From positions 1,184,001 through 1,248,000 of the forward strand of contig OY760175.1 in assembly GCA_963663165.1 (NCBI GenBank): a DNA stretch of 64,000 bases. The letters are read 5' to 3'. Of the stretch, positions 53,701 through 64,000 are shown piece after piece. Under the pieces are notes generated by a model, which ran no database searches, was not told the origin of the DNA, and worked only from the letters and a program-made list of their open reading frames with translations. The stretch is from an uncultured Desulfospira sp. (lineage in GTDB: Bacteria > Desulfobacterota > Desulfobacteria > Desulfobacterales > Desulfobacteraceae). Each line of letters begins with the position of its first letter. Within the stretch, counting starts at the first letter, position 1. The position numbers and the translations under genes were made by a program.

Positions 53701-56700
53701 CTCCAAAATCAGATCAAATCCAATGCGTTTTGTCTTCAGTGAATATGCTGCACCGGGAATATAATCGCCACAAAACCGACATCCGGGTCAAGGTGCCCGG
53801 GGGGACGATAAGTTTTGAACGGCGGTATTACGACAACCAGTGGCACCTGGATTATCTGGATGATAATTTAACCTTTCAAAGCACAGGATCGGACTTAATT
53901 ATTAAAAACGATGTTAAATACAAACCTGTCGCCAACGACAGCCGTATTTTTATCCATAAAAATTATAAAATTACCACCACCGACACCGGGTATACCTGGA
54001 AGGCACCCCATGGCGACTGGAAAAAATTTGACCCGGACGGCCGCATGATATCTTACGGTGACCGGAACGGCCTGGTGGCCCAGCTCATTTACGAAGATGG
54101 AGAAAATGGACGACTTACAGGCATAGCCGATAAAAACATGCGCCAAATATTCTGGTTTGAATACGACGGGGAAGGAAACCTGGCAGCCGTAGAAGACTTT
54201 GAGAGGCGTCGGATTGAATACTCTCATGGGAATGGCCTGCTTACGGACGTCCAGGATTTACAGGGGAATACAACCAGCTATGAATACGACGATGAGAACC
54301 GGATTATAAAGACAACTACGCCAGACGGGCATTATTCCACAGTGGTATACGACGAATACGGCAATGCCATCCAATCACTGGATGAAAACAACCAGGGGTA
54401 TGGTTTTGAGTATGCCTATGATGAATCCGCGAGGCTGTCTTATGCCATGACGACTTCTCCTTCAGGACAGGTCAAGGAGGCCTGGTATGACCTGAACGGA
54501 TACACCCGCAGGGTTGACATCAACGGCCGGACAGTCAAGACCATTGATGTATCACAAAGAACCTTTGCCGTGACCGATGAGAACGGTAATGTAACCATCG
54601 AAGAGTATGATGAATGGGAAAATTTAATCCGGATGGCCTACCCGGACGGCAGTGAGGTGACTTACGAATACGAGCGGACCTATAACCAACCGGTCCGCAT
54701 GGTAAATGAAAACGGTGTGGCCACCCTTTTTGAATATGACGACAACGGCAACCTGACCCAGAAGACGGAAGCTGCCGGCACCGATGATGAACGCATCACC
54801 CAATACACCTATGATGAAGACGGCAATACCCTGACCATCACCATTTTGGCCGATGCCGTTACAAGTGTCTCTCAAACCGTGATGACCTATGATGACAACG
54901 GCAACCTTGAAACCCTTACCGACCCGGCAGGCGGAATTACCCGGTTCACCGATTATGACATTACAGGCAGGCTCCTTACAAAGATCGACGCCAGGGGCAA
55001 AACCTGGGGCTACACCTATGACACCAAAGGCAACCTTAAAACCGCCACCGATCCTTTGGGCAACACCACTGAATATGAATACGATAAAGCCGGCAACCGG
55101 ACCCGAATGGTGGATGCCCTGGGCCGCCAGACCCTGTTCGAATATGATCTCCACGGCAACCTTGTCCTGCAAACCGACCACGAGGTCAACGAAACCCGGT
55201 TTGAATATGATGCCGGCAATAACCTGATCCGGAAAACCGATGCCCAGGGCTCCACCACCCAAAGTACCTATGACACCGAAGGCCGCATGGTCAGCACGGT
55301 TGACGGCCATGGGGATGAGACCGCTTTCGAATACAATGATACAGATACCGGCTGCTCGTCCTGCAACGGTTCCCGGGGCCTGCCCTCCAGGATCATCTAT
55401 CCCACGTTCACAAAAACATTCACCTATGACAGACGAAACCGGAAAACCGCAGAGACAGACCATCTGAACGATACCACCGAAACCACCACCCTGTTTGAAT
55501 ATGACAGCGCCGGCAACCTTGCCGCAAAAACCGACAAAGAGGGGCGAACCACCGCATACACCTATGATGCCCTGAACCGGATTACAAAAGTAATTGACCC
55601 GGCCAACGGTGAAACCATTTATGAATATGACGACCGGGACAACCTGATATCACTGACCGACGCTGAAAACCAGACCACGCTATTTGAGTATGACGCAGCC
55701 AACCGACTGGTAAAGGAGACCCGTCCCCTGGGCAATGAGACCACCTACGCCTATGACGACGCCGGCAACCTGACCGAAAAGATTGATGCCAAAAACCAAA
55801 AAACCGAATATAACTATGACGATGCCGGCAGGCTAAAACAAATCCGTTACATTGCATCTTCAACCGGCACGGCTCCTGCCAAAACTGTAACCTTTTCTTA
55901 CGACAAAACCGGCAACCTGACCGGCTACAACGACGGGACCACTTCAGCGGACTACACCTACAACACCTTAAACCAAAAGGTCAAAGAGACCGTGAACTAC
56001 GGAGCATTCTCCCTTGAAACCGGCACAACCTATTACGGCAACGGCCTGAAAAAGACCCAAACCGGGCCGGACGGCACCACCTACGGCTATCTGTACGACA
56101 CCAACAATCAACTTTCTGCTGTACAGGTCCCCAATGCCGGGTATATAACTATAGGTGAATACCTGTGGAACCGGCCCAAATCGTTGCTGTTCCCGGGCGG
56201 CAGCCAAAGAACCGTTGAATACGACCCTCTCATGCGCATCAAGCAGATCACAGGCCGGGACCAGGCAGACAATCAAAACTTAAGCTTGGCTTATGAGTAC
56301 GACAAAATGGACAACATAACCGCCAAAGCCACGGAACATGGCTCGTATGCTTATGAGTACGATACCCTGTACCGGTTAACCAATACGGACAACCCGGTCC
56401 TGGATAACGAGGCCTTTACCTATGACAACGTGGGCAACCGGATGACATCGGCAGAGACTTCCGCCCAGTGGTCCTACAACCAGAACAACGAACTGGCCGG
56501 TTACGACAACGTAACCTTTACCCATGACGCCAACGGCAACATCATTGAGAAGAACAACAACGGTACCATTACGCGCTTTTACTATAATATTGAAAACCGT
56601 CTGGAGCGTATGGAAAACGAATCCGGGACTGTAATTGCCGAATACTACTATGACCCATTTGGCCGCCGTCTCTGGAAAGACGTATCCGGAACCCGTACCT

Positions 56701-57653
56701 GTTACCACTACACTGACGAGGGCCTGGCAGGCGAATACAATGCCGCAGGCAACGCGGTAAAAACCTACGGCTATAAACCCGGCGGAACCTGGGGAACTGA
56801 TCCGTTGTTCATGAAAGTTGGGCCTGAGTACTATTTTTATCACAACGATCACTTAGGCACCCCTCAAAAAATGACGGCTGTCAATGGAGCTGTGGTTTGG
56901 TCGGCTACGTATAGTTCATTCGGTGAGGCAGAAATTGATCCTGCATCTACGGTTGAAAATAATCTGCGGTTCCCGGGACAGTACTATGACTCTGAAACCG
57001 GGATACATTACAATTTTTATCGTTACTACAATCCCGAAACCGGACGATATATAACAACTGATCCTATCGGGTTTGAAGGAGGGTTTAATCTTTTTGTTTA
57101 TGTTTTAAACAACCCTTCAGGGTGGATAGATCCTATGGGGCTGAACCCTTACAAATGGGGATATTGCGGCCCTGGCTATCGAGCAGGCCCTGGTAGAGAG
57201 TGTTGGCCAACAGATGACCCAAAGTATCAATGCCCACCTGGATATTATAAAGCAGGGAAAGAGTGTTTTCCAAAGACTATGGACGAATATCCATGTGGGG
57301 CAGGAAGAATCGATGATGGGCACGGAAGTTGCGTTAAAGTTTGGCCGCCCCCTTCTCCAAAGTCTGAAGAGAAAGGAGCATATTGTGAATATGGGAATAG
57401 AATAATTTCTTGCACACTCGATGCTGCATCGGTTGTAGCTACAGTAACCGGGGCTGGGGTGCCTGTTGGCATAACTATCAACGTTATAAGTGTTGGACAT
57501 GGATTTATAGCGTGGTCTGTTTGCGGTGGAAGTACGTCAACGGGTACGACAATCGTTGGAGGAGTGGCTGGTATAATTCCTAATGCAACAGCTAAAAAAA
57601 TTAATTTAGCTATGACCGCTATAGACGCTGCTTTAAATGTTGCAGGTTATTAA
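50782..57653 (+). pseudogene. Orphan RHS module 3, N-truncated with a 1-bp frameshift near 51740; Cys-rich plus Gly-rich hydrophobic tip
   Basis: Homology to the main gene from about 34177; gacccttagatc vs gacccttgagatc; NNPSGWIDPMGL cleavage motif. Confidence 0.85.
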
Positions 57654-58161
57654 AGCAATGAACACTCTCTGCTATTCCTTTATAGTATATTACGTGTTAG
57701 GTATTGTATTAAGCCTTTTAAAAATCCCTGATGCAGATCAATTCAGTGATATATTAATTATTGTCCCTTTTTATACTTTTTTACCTTTTTTAATTATTTG
57801 TTTTTTTCTAATTAAAAGTTTTAATCTCGGTAAAAAAAAACAAGTATTATGGAATACTCTTTTGTTTTCAATAGCTTTTTCCATAGCGACAGCCCAATGG
57901 GTCTATTATTTAAACATGAATATAGGAGAACATAAAAAGATCACAATTGCAGGACAAGTTATTTCAAAGAAACCTGGAAAAGGAAACTCAAAACCGGTAA
58001 TTACGATAAAGAATACTGAAACGACTATTCATTTAGCTATAAAGCGAAGTGTATGGACGCAAATAAATAATTGGGAAGGAATCTCAATAGATTTACGAAA
58101 GGGTCGTTTTGGATTTTATTATTTACAAAAGGGGGAGCTAGCTGAAAGTATGGCGGAGTGA
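57637..58161 (+). CDS. Putative membrane immunity protein for module 3
   Basis: Three TM-like segments plus soluble tail; start 57637 or 57658. Confidence 0.7.
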   Translation: MLQVIKAMNTLCYSFIVYYVLGIVLSLLKIPDADQFSDILIIVPFYTFLPFLIICFFLIKSFNLGKKKQVLWNTLLFSIAFSIATAQWVYYLNMNIGEHKKITIAGQVISKKPGKGNSKPVITIKNTETTIHLAIKRSVWTQINNWEGISIDLRKGRFGFYYLQKGELAESMAE

Positions 58162-58219
58162 TCCGGTCGGAACTCTGATCTGGGGTCTCTGATCTGATTT
58201 GACCCGGAAAATGGAAAAT

Positions 58220-58239
58220 GGGGTCAGAGTAAAATTAAA
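58220..58239 (+). repeat. GGGGTCAGAGTAAAATTAAA motif
   Basis: Exact match to 49612-49631; follows an immunity gene. Confidence 0.85.
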
Positions 58240-58805
58240 TATTGAATTATTTCATTACAATGATAAGTTAAGCCCATGGCACGATTACAACGAATCGAAT
58301 CCGGAACTATAATTGCCGAATACTACTATGACCCCTTTGGCCGCCGTCTTTGGAAAGACGTATCCGGAACCCGAACCTGCTACCACTACACCGACGAGGG
58401 CCTGGCAGGCGAATACAATGCCGCAGGCAACACGAAAAAGACCTACGGCTACAAACCCGGCGGAACCTGGGGAACTGATCCGTTGTTCATGAAGGTTGGG
58501 TCCGAGTATTATTTTTACCACAATGACCACTTAGGCACCCCTCAAAAAATGACGGCTGTCAATGGGGTTGTTGTTTGGTCGGCTAGGCACAGTTCGTTTG
58601 GCAAAGCTGAAGTTGATCCTGCCTCAACGGTTGAAAATAATCTGCGTTTCCCGGGACAATATTTCGATTCTGAAATCGAGGCTCATTACAATTTTCATCG
58701 TTACTATGATCCAGGAATCGGGCGGTATATTACTGCTGATCCTATTGGGCTTGGGGGTGGAGTGAATCTTTTTGTTTACGCCCTAAATAATTCTATTACT
58801 TTAAT

Positions 58806-60651
58806 CCCAAAATAAGTGTGAAATAAGTAATAAAAATGAGAAAAAAGTCTCGAAACGCCTATCAATAAAGAGTATAATGAGTTTGGCAAAACGAACTATA
58901 CCAAATTGAAAGGGCGTTTCGAGTGAATAAGAATATCATCAAAAAATTGGCAAAACGCAAGAAAAAAATAAGCAAAAAACTGAACAAAAGAGATTGGACT
59001 GAGCAGCCAACTCCCATGCTAAAGGCATCCAATATCCAGTATGAGATCGACGGTCGCCTTCAGGGAATATCACATGGAGGCATTGGCCTGATCCATATGT
59101 TGGCCAAAAAGACCGGCCTTTTGAAAGAAATCGATAAAGAACTTGAGCTGCTCAAGCGCCATTTGCCATATCATGAATCTGATCATGTCGCCAATATGGC
59201 ATACAATATTCTTGCAGGCGGAACCTGTCTTCAGGACATTGAATTGCAAAGAAACAATGATGCCTGGCTTAATGCTCTGGACGCAAAAATGATCCCTGAT
59301 CCGACAACGGCAGGGGATTTTTTGCGCCGGTTTTCCCAGGAAAATATCATTACCCTGATGGATGTGAAAAATACCATACGGAAAAAAATATGGGAAAAGC
59401 AGCCTCAAAATTTCAAAGAATCAGCCATCATCAATATTGACGGAACTATCAGTGAGACAAGCGGCAAGTGCAAACAGGGTATGGACATCTCCTACAATGG
59501 TAAGTGGGGGTATGCCCCGCTGGTTGTTTCACTGGAGAGAACAAGGGAACCTCTTTATGTCATCAACCGCTCGGGCAATGCCCCGTCCCACCTTGACTCT
59601 GCCCGGTGGGTGGATAAGGCTCTTGATCTGACGGAAGGCACTTTTAAAAAATTATACGTTCGGGGAGATACGGATTTCAGCCTTACCACGCACTTTGACA
59701 AATGGGATCAACGTTGTTCCTTTATTTTTGGCATGGATGCCAGATCAAATCTAACAAAACGTGCAAATGCTCTTCCTGAAACCGACTGGGTCAGGCTTGA
59801 AAAACTGTCTGCGAAAATTAAAACTCAGCCCCGGAAACGTCCTGAGAATATCAAACTTCAAGTGGTGAAAAAGCGCAAATTCAAACGCATAGAGACTGCG
59901 TATGAACATATAGCCGAGTTTGAATACAAACCGGGAAAATGTCAAAAACCATACAGAATGATCGTTTTGCGTAAAACAATAAACGAGTTCAAGGGAGAAT
60001 TACTACTGTTCGATGATATCCGCTACTTTTTTTATATTACCAATGATTGGAAAAAACCGGCCAAACAACTGGTAGCCTTTTACCGGAAACGGGCTGACCA
60101 CGAAAATGATATTGAACAGTTGAAACATGGCGTACGTGCTATGGATAATCCTTCAGACTCTTTGAATGCCAACTGGGCCTATATGGTTATTACCTCCATG
60201 GCATGGGATCTGAAAGCCTGGTATGGGCTGCTGATGCCATATCGTGCATTAGGGCTTTCCATCATCCGCATGGAATTCAAGCGTTTTATCCAGACATTTA
60301 TAAACATCCCCTGTTTAATTTTGAAATCTGGCAGGGCTATAAAATATCGAATTATTGGCTATAACAACCGGCTCCAAAGCATGTTCAAATATTTTGATTT
60401 TATAAGGACCGTCCGGGTTACATGATGCCATTGCTCTCCGGATAGTTATTGCAAACGGGTTGCAATGGCGAGTCCAAACCCTGCAGTCTCAAAAAAGGAA
60501 TGACAAAAACATGAAACACAAGACAACTGGCAATACTCAAAAAAACTGGGGACTCGTGTTTCTACTGGATGGCAAGTTGGTGGCCAAAATAATACCTCAA
60601 ACGGCGGGTTGCTCATGAGTATATCTTTTTTGAAAACGCGCTTGTTTTGGG
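58806..60651 (+). mobile_element. IS1380-family insertion sequence
   Basis: TIR cccaaaataagtgtg / cgcgcttgttttggg; TSD tttaat. Confidence 0.9.
58923..60425 (+). CDS. IS1380-family transposase
   Basis: PDPTTAGDFLRRF, IDGT, YNGKWGYAPL, VRGDTDF, R..HENDIEQLK, ANWAYM motifs. Confidence 0.9.
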   Translation: MNKNIIKKLAKRKKKISKKLNKRDWTEQPTPMLKASNIQYEIDGRLQGISHGGIGLIHMLAKKTGLLKEIDKELELLKRHLPYHESDHVANMAYNILAGGTCLQDIELQRNNDAWLNALDAKMIPDPTTAGDFLRRFSQENIITLMDVKNTIRKKIWEKQPQNFKESAIINIDGTISETSGKCKQGMDISYNGKWGYAPLVVSLERTREPLYVINRSGNAPSHLDSARWVDKALDLTEGTFKKLYVRGDTDFSLTTHFDKWDQRCSFIFGMDARSNLTKRANALPETDWVRLEKLSAKIKTQPRKRPENIKLQVVKKRKFKRIETAYEHIAEFEYKPGKCQKPYRMIVLRKTINEFKGELLLFDDIRYFFYITNDWKKPAKQLVAFYRKRADHENDIEQLKHGVRAMDNPSDSLNANWAYMVITSMAWDLKAWYGLLMPYRALGLSIIRMEFKRFIQTFINIPCLILKSGRAIKYRIIGYNNRLQSMFKYFDFIRTVRVT

Positions 60652-61091
60652 TTTAATAGATCAGATAGGGTTATCGGTAGAGTTGGGATTCAGTGGCGAT
60701 TTTTGGATAGTCGGATGTAGCGCTCATCGTATTTATGATACATGTTGCAAAGATGGGAGAGTTATAAAACGTACAATATCAAAAGCTTGTATTAGTTTTG
60801 GACCGGCACTTGAAGCTAAGCTTGAATTGCATAATATAGTAAAAATCATTAAATACTTAACTGACAGTATTAAATATGACCCCAATAATAATGAAGGTCA
60901 CTGTGATGAAGATTCGTGGGTTACAAACCCCAATAACGAGTACGGGGGTACTTTCTTGGTATACAACCATGACTCAAGAACTGGACCTAATTTTAAAATT
61001 GGATTAGGTGGATATTGGCGTTGGTTTAAACATTGCCGATATAAAGTTGTAGATTCAGAAGAAACTGATCAATGTTGTAATACTGAATAGG

Positions 61092-61355
61092 TTGTATGAG
61101 ATGTATTATTTAACATTCAGCGGCTATGCTACAATAATATGTTTAGCTATTTTCTTTTTAACATCAACTTACATCTTAATTAAGCTCGGTATAAGGAATA
61201 TGGCAATATATGAATCTTACATTATTATTTTTCCCATTTTTATTATAAAGTACATTATTCAAGAAGGCACCTGGAAAAGTTTCTCAATAGTTTTCACTAA
61301 TATTATCTCTATTATTTTATGGTTTTTTCTCGGCTTTATGGAAAAGTCATTTTAG
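61092..61355 (+). CDS. Putative small membrane immunity protein
   Basis: Hydrophobic, AT-rich, abuts the module 4 stop. Confidence 0.6.
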   Translation: MYEMYYLTFSGYATIICLAIFFLTSTYILIKLGIRNMAIYESYIIIFPIFIIKYIIQEGTWKSFSIVFTNIISIILWFFLGFMEKSF

Positions 61356-61361
61356 TCGAGG

Positions 61362-61664
61362 ATGGAAAAGGGTATTTTTTATATGGAAGTTCTTATGCAG
61401 TTAACCTTACCATTGTCTGCTCTTGTAACAGTAATAACTTATTTAAATTTTTTAAAACAGATTAGAAACAACATTGATCGAATTGATGTCAATATTGATA
61501 ATTTTTTCGTTTTAAACTTTCTATCAGTGTATAAATCATATATTAGAACTCGAAAATTAGATAATTTAAATATTGGGGTTATGTTTTATGTTCATTTTAT
61601 TTTTTTATTTATAATGATCATTTTAGCCTATTTGCTCGACGGGAAACAGGTTTTCATAATTTAA
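61362..61664 (+). CDS. Putative second/orphan membrane immunity protein
   Basis: Two TM-like segments; GAGG before ATG. Confidence 0.55.
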   Translation: MEKGIFYMEVLMQLTLPLSALVTVITYLNFLKQIRNNIDRIDVNIDNFFVLNFLSVYKSYIRTRKLDNLNIGVMFYVHFIFLFIMIILAYLLDGKQVFII

Positions 61665-61764
61665 TTCGGTGACCGGGAGATAATTGGTCAAATGCGCTGG
61701 GCTTTTAGCGCAGCTTGATCCTCGATTCCCTAAAATCATCTTGTATGGCCTTTAAAACCGACTT

Positions 61765-61897
61765 CGGTTTGGGGTCGGGCCACAGCAACCCATTGTAATA
61801 TCTATAAAAGAGCTAAAAATATACCCCTAAAACGGCCTTAATCGACTCTTTTGGGGGCCGAAAACATGGGTTTAATTTTACTCTGACCCTATTTTTA
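61765..61897 (+). repeat. 133-bp inter-cassette element, copy C
   Basis: Identical by eye to copy A. Confidence 0.92.
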
Positions 61898-62009
61898 CAT
61901 GGCGACTGGAAAAAATTTGACCCGGACGGCCGCATGATGTCTTACGGTGACCGGAACGGCCTGGTGGCCCAACTCATTTACGAAGATGGAGAAAATGGAC
62001 GCCTTACAG
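61898..62009 (+). pseudogene. Short internal RHS fragment followed by AT-rich hydrophobic remnant
   Basis: catggcgactggaaaaaatttgacccggac...gccttacag matches about 37416-37527. Confidence 0.8.
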
Positions 62010-62266
62010 TTGACAAAGAAATATTCAATTATTTTTATTTTAATAGAATAATGTTAGAATTAAGATATGAAATTATGACAAATATTATGCTTATTTTCAT
62101 TGCACTCCTTATAATTTTTTTAACTTATATAAGACGAAAAAGAGTATCGAAGAGTATCGAAGCCGGGCGAAGCCGGGTCGGACCGAAAGCGCCGATTAAA
62201 ACCGGTAAAGGATAGAGAATGAAAAATGCGAGCCGCCGAGCCGTATGATGTGTTCGGTTTGCCACG

Positions 62267-62399
62267 CGGTTTGGGGTCGGGCCACAGCAACCCATTGTAA
62301 TATCTATAAAAGAGCTAAAAATATACCCCTAAAACGGCCTTAATCGACTCTTTTGGGGGCCGAAAACATGGGTTTAATTTTACTCTGACCCTATTTTTA
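62267..62399 (+). repeat. 133-bp inter-cassette element, copy D
   Basis: Identical by eye to copy A. Confidence 0.92.
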
Positions 62400-62407
62400 C
62401 TATTTTT

Positions 62408-62617
62408 AGTGTTGGGCGTTGTTTAGTCGCTGAAGAGGCTAAGTGCCAAAAACAACAAAACTGTGCTTTAAGAAACAAATGTCGTTTTAATGCTCATGTA
62501 AAATGCTATACAAAATATGTATTTGTTGATCCTTTTAATCCTTTTGGCCCAGGCTTTCCAGAGGGTGGGCCGGAATTAGGATGGGAAGAACTTTTCCCAG
62601 ATTGGTGGGAAAATTAG
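62408..62617 (+). pseudogene. Probable orphan toxin-tip fragment (Cys-rich, no start codon)
   Basis: Open 69-codon frame SVGRCLVAEEAKC...FPDWWEN*, followed by hydrophobic ORF starting at 62634. Confidence 0.5.
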
Positions 62618-62754
62618 AAGAAAAAACAGAAAGATGCTTAAACTATATGTTATTCACTTTTTTACGGTTTCAATCGGCTATCCTTTAATTAACGCTTATT
62701 TTTTCTTTGGTTTTTATGGATTTATACTCTATGACCGCAAATGACGGTTGGTAT

Positions 62755-64000
62755 TTATTTTGCATCTGCTGGACAAAACAGCGTTGAGATTTTTACCGTT
62801 AATTCAGTATCCCTTATCATTTTTTTGATCCCCGGGAATATTTTGCAATTGTTTTCAGCCGCCTTGGTCAGCTCTTTTTGTACCAGATCAGCATCAATTT
62901 GTGAAAACCTTTCTGCCAGGTTGGAACATCCATTGAGAATAATCTCCATATACTTGTCGTTTTTTAAATTTTGCACCAGCGGCGTGTCGGCAAGGACCGC
63001 TTTTAGCATTTTGTTCAGCGATCCCATGCCGGTTTTTTTCCGACCTCGTCGTTTTTCATCCCGGAAAAATCTCTCCAGAAGGTTATTCGTCCTCTGTGGT
63101 TGGACCGTAAAAATTCCGTCCGATGTGACGACTGGTATCGGGTCGGCAAAGAGCTTTTCCCAGTATTTGTCAATCTGTGCCACCATGTTAGCATAGGTTT
63201 TTTGTCTGTGTTTATTCTCAAGGAGCCAGTTCCTGAATTCAGTCACTTTTTCTTCAATACTTTTCATGTTCATGGAATCGCCATTATCATTAATGCCATT
63301 TTTGCCATCAGGAAGGGCAATTCGCATAGCACAACGCAGCTTGTCAAATACGGCTGCCTTTGATTCCATGTTTTTGGCAAGATCATTAAGACGCTTATCT
63401 TCTACGACTTTTATGACTACTTTATATAATTGGGAAAAGGCTCTGTTTAAATTTGCTGCCTCACTGAGGTTCACGGTCATGATTTGTTCCAGCAACCGGA
63501 GAACATCTTGAAGACGTCGATAAAAATCAAGGTATGGACGGTCAAAAGGGAAACCATATCCGTTGGATTGATTTGGATAGTCAAATATCCAATGGATTAA
63601 AGCATATGCCATAATCGTGGGGATATGATCGAAATCAGTTGCCTGCCAATTCCCACTTTGAAGGCTCTCAATAATTTCATCAATATCCTTGCCGACCGGA
63701 TCAATTTTTTTCTCAAGATACTTGGCCTGCCTCCTCAATGCAGGTCGAACCTTGAGTTTCTTTAACCGTTTCTGCAAAAAACTATATTCATCAGCTAGCA
63801 GGTCTTTGCCAATGTCACGCAGGAAATGAAAATGACATATAAAATCGGGTGTCCCTGGGAAAACTTCCTCCACCGCACTGACAATCCCTTTACCCATATC
63901 GTGTACGAGTGCCCTTGGTTCACCATACTGCTCTTTGATGCTACGGAAAAATGGGATGAGCTCATCTTTTTTCTCTGAAGAAATTTTTACCGTATCAAGG
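62755..64000 (-). CDS. Transposase, IS256/MULE-like (runs off window end)
   Basis: LVHDMGKG, ICHFHFLRD (CxxH) and RTNNLLERFFR motifs; frame open to window edge. Confidence 0.75.
   Translation of the reverse strand, partial: LDTVKISSEKKDELIPFFRSIKEQYGEPRALVHDMGKGIVSAVEEVFPGTPDFICHFHFLRDIGKDLLADEYSFLQKRLKKLKVRPALRRQAKYLEKKIDPVGKDIDEIIESLQSGNWQATDFDHIPTIMAYALIHWIFDYPNQSNGYGFPFDRPYLDFYRRLQDVLRLLEQIMTVNLSEAANLNRAFSQLYKVVIKVVEDKRLNDLAKNMESKAAVFDKLRCAMRIALPDGKNGINDNGDSMNMKSIEEKVTEFRNWLLENKHRQKTYANMVAQIDKYWEKLFADPIPVVTSDGIFTVQPQRTNNLLERFFRDEKRRGRKKTGMGSLNKMLKAVLADTPLVQNLKNDKYMEIILNGCSNLAERFSQIDADLVQKELTKAAENNCKIFPGIKKMIRDTELTVKISTLFCPADAK

Larger units (their letters stand above)
58276..61090 (+). 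pseudogene. Orphan RHS core plus Cys-rich toxin tip (module 4), split by IS1380
   Basis: Removing the IS and one TSD copy restores YALNNSITLIDQIGLSVELGF in frame. Confidence 0.85.

Noticed and set aside
43430..57140. RHS duplications as pure assembly artefact
   Set aside because: Copies carry distinct SNPs, indels, tips and immunity genes; fine mosaic structure still needs long-read confirmation
20259..57500. Numerous antisense and alternative-frame ORFs inside the large genes
   Set aside because: Shadow ORFs of biased coding sequence; they recur only because the host DNA is duplicated
41439..62399. CRISPR array or integron attC cassettes
   Set aside because: Repeats are 133 bp and irregularly spaced by 0.5-18 kb; no cas or integrase gene and no clear RYYYAAC/GTTRRRY attC structure

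Overview
Bacterial window, most consistent with a Desulfobacteraceae-like sulfate reducer (inferred from gene content, not verified). It has three parts. (1) 1-11.9 kb: envelope and housekeeping genes (LamG-domain protein, DsbA-like, murA, B12 radical SAM, GFA). Among them is a four-gene glycosylation cluster with two strikingly eukaryote-like mannosyltransferases (ALG2-like and ALG11-like), a PglK-like ABC flippase and a GT4. (2) 12-19.6 kb: mobile-element debris (MITE, DUF4338 plus ISKra4-like element, RelE-transposase fusion, KilA-N pseudogene) and an NtrC-type two-component pair. (3) 19.9-64 kb: a putative sigma-54-driven operon encoding a 1691-aa repeat surface protein, a transglutaminase-like protein preceded by a G18 tract, and a 4787-aa signal-peptide-bearing RHS toxin. 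This is followed by orphan RHS/toxin/immunity modules whose boundaries are marked by a conserved 133-bp non-coding element and GGGGTCAGAGTAAAATTAAA motifs, with IS4, IS1380, Rpn and IS256-like insertions. All family calls rest on motif recognition by eye; no searches were run.
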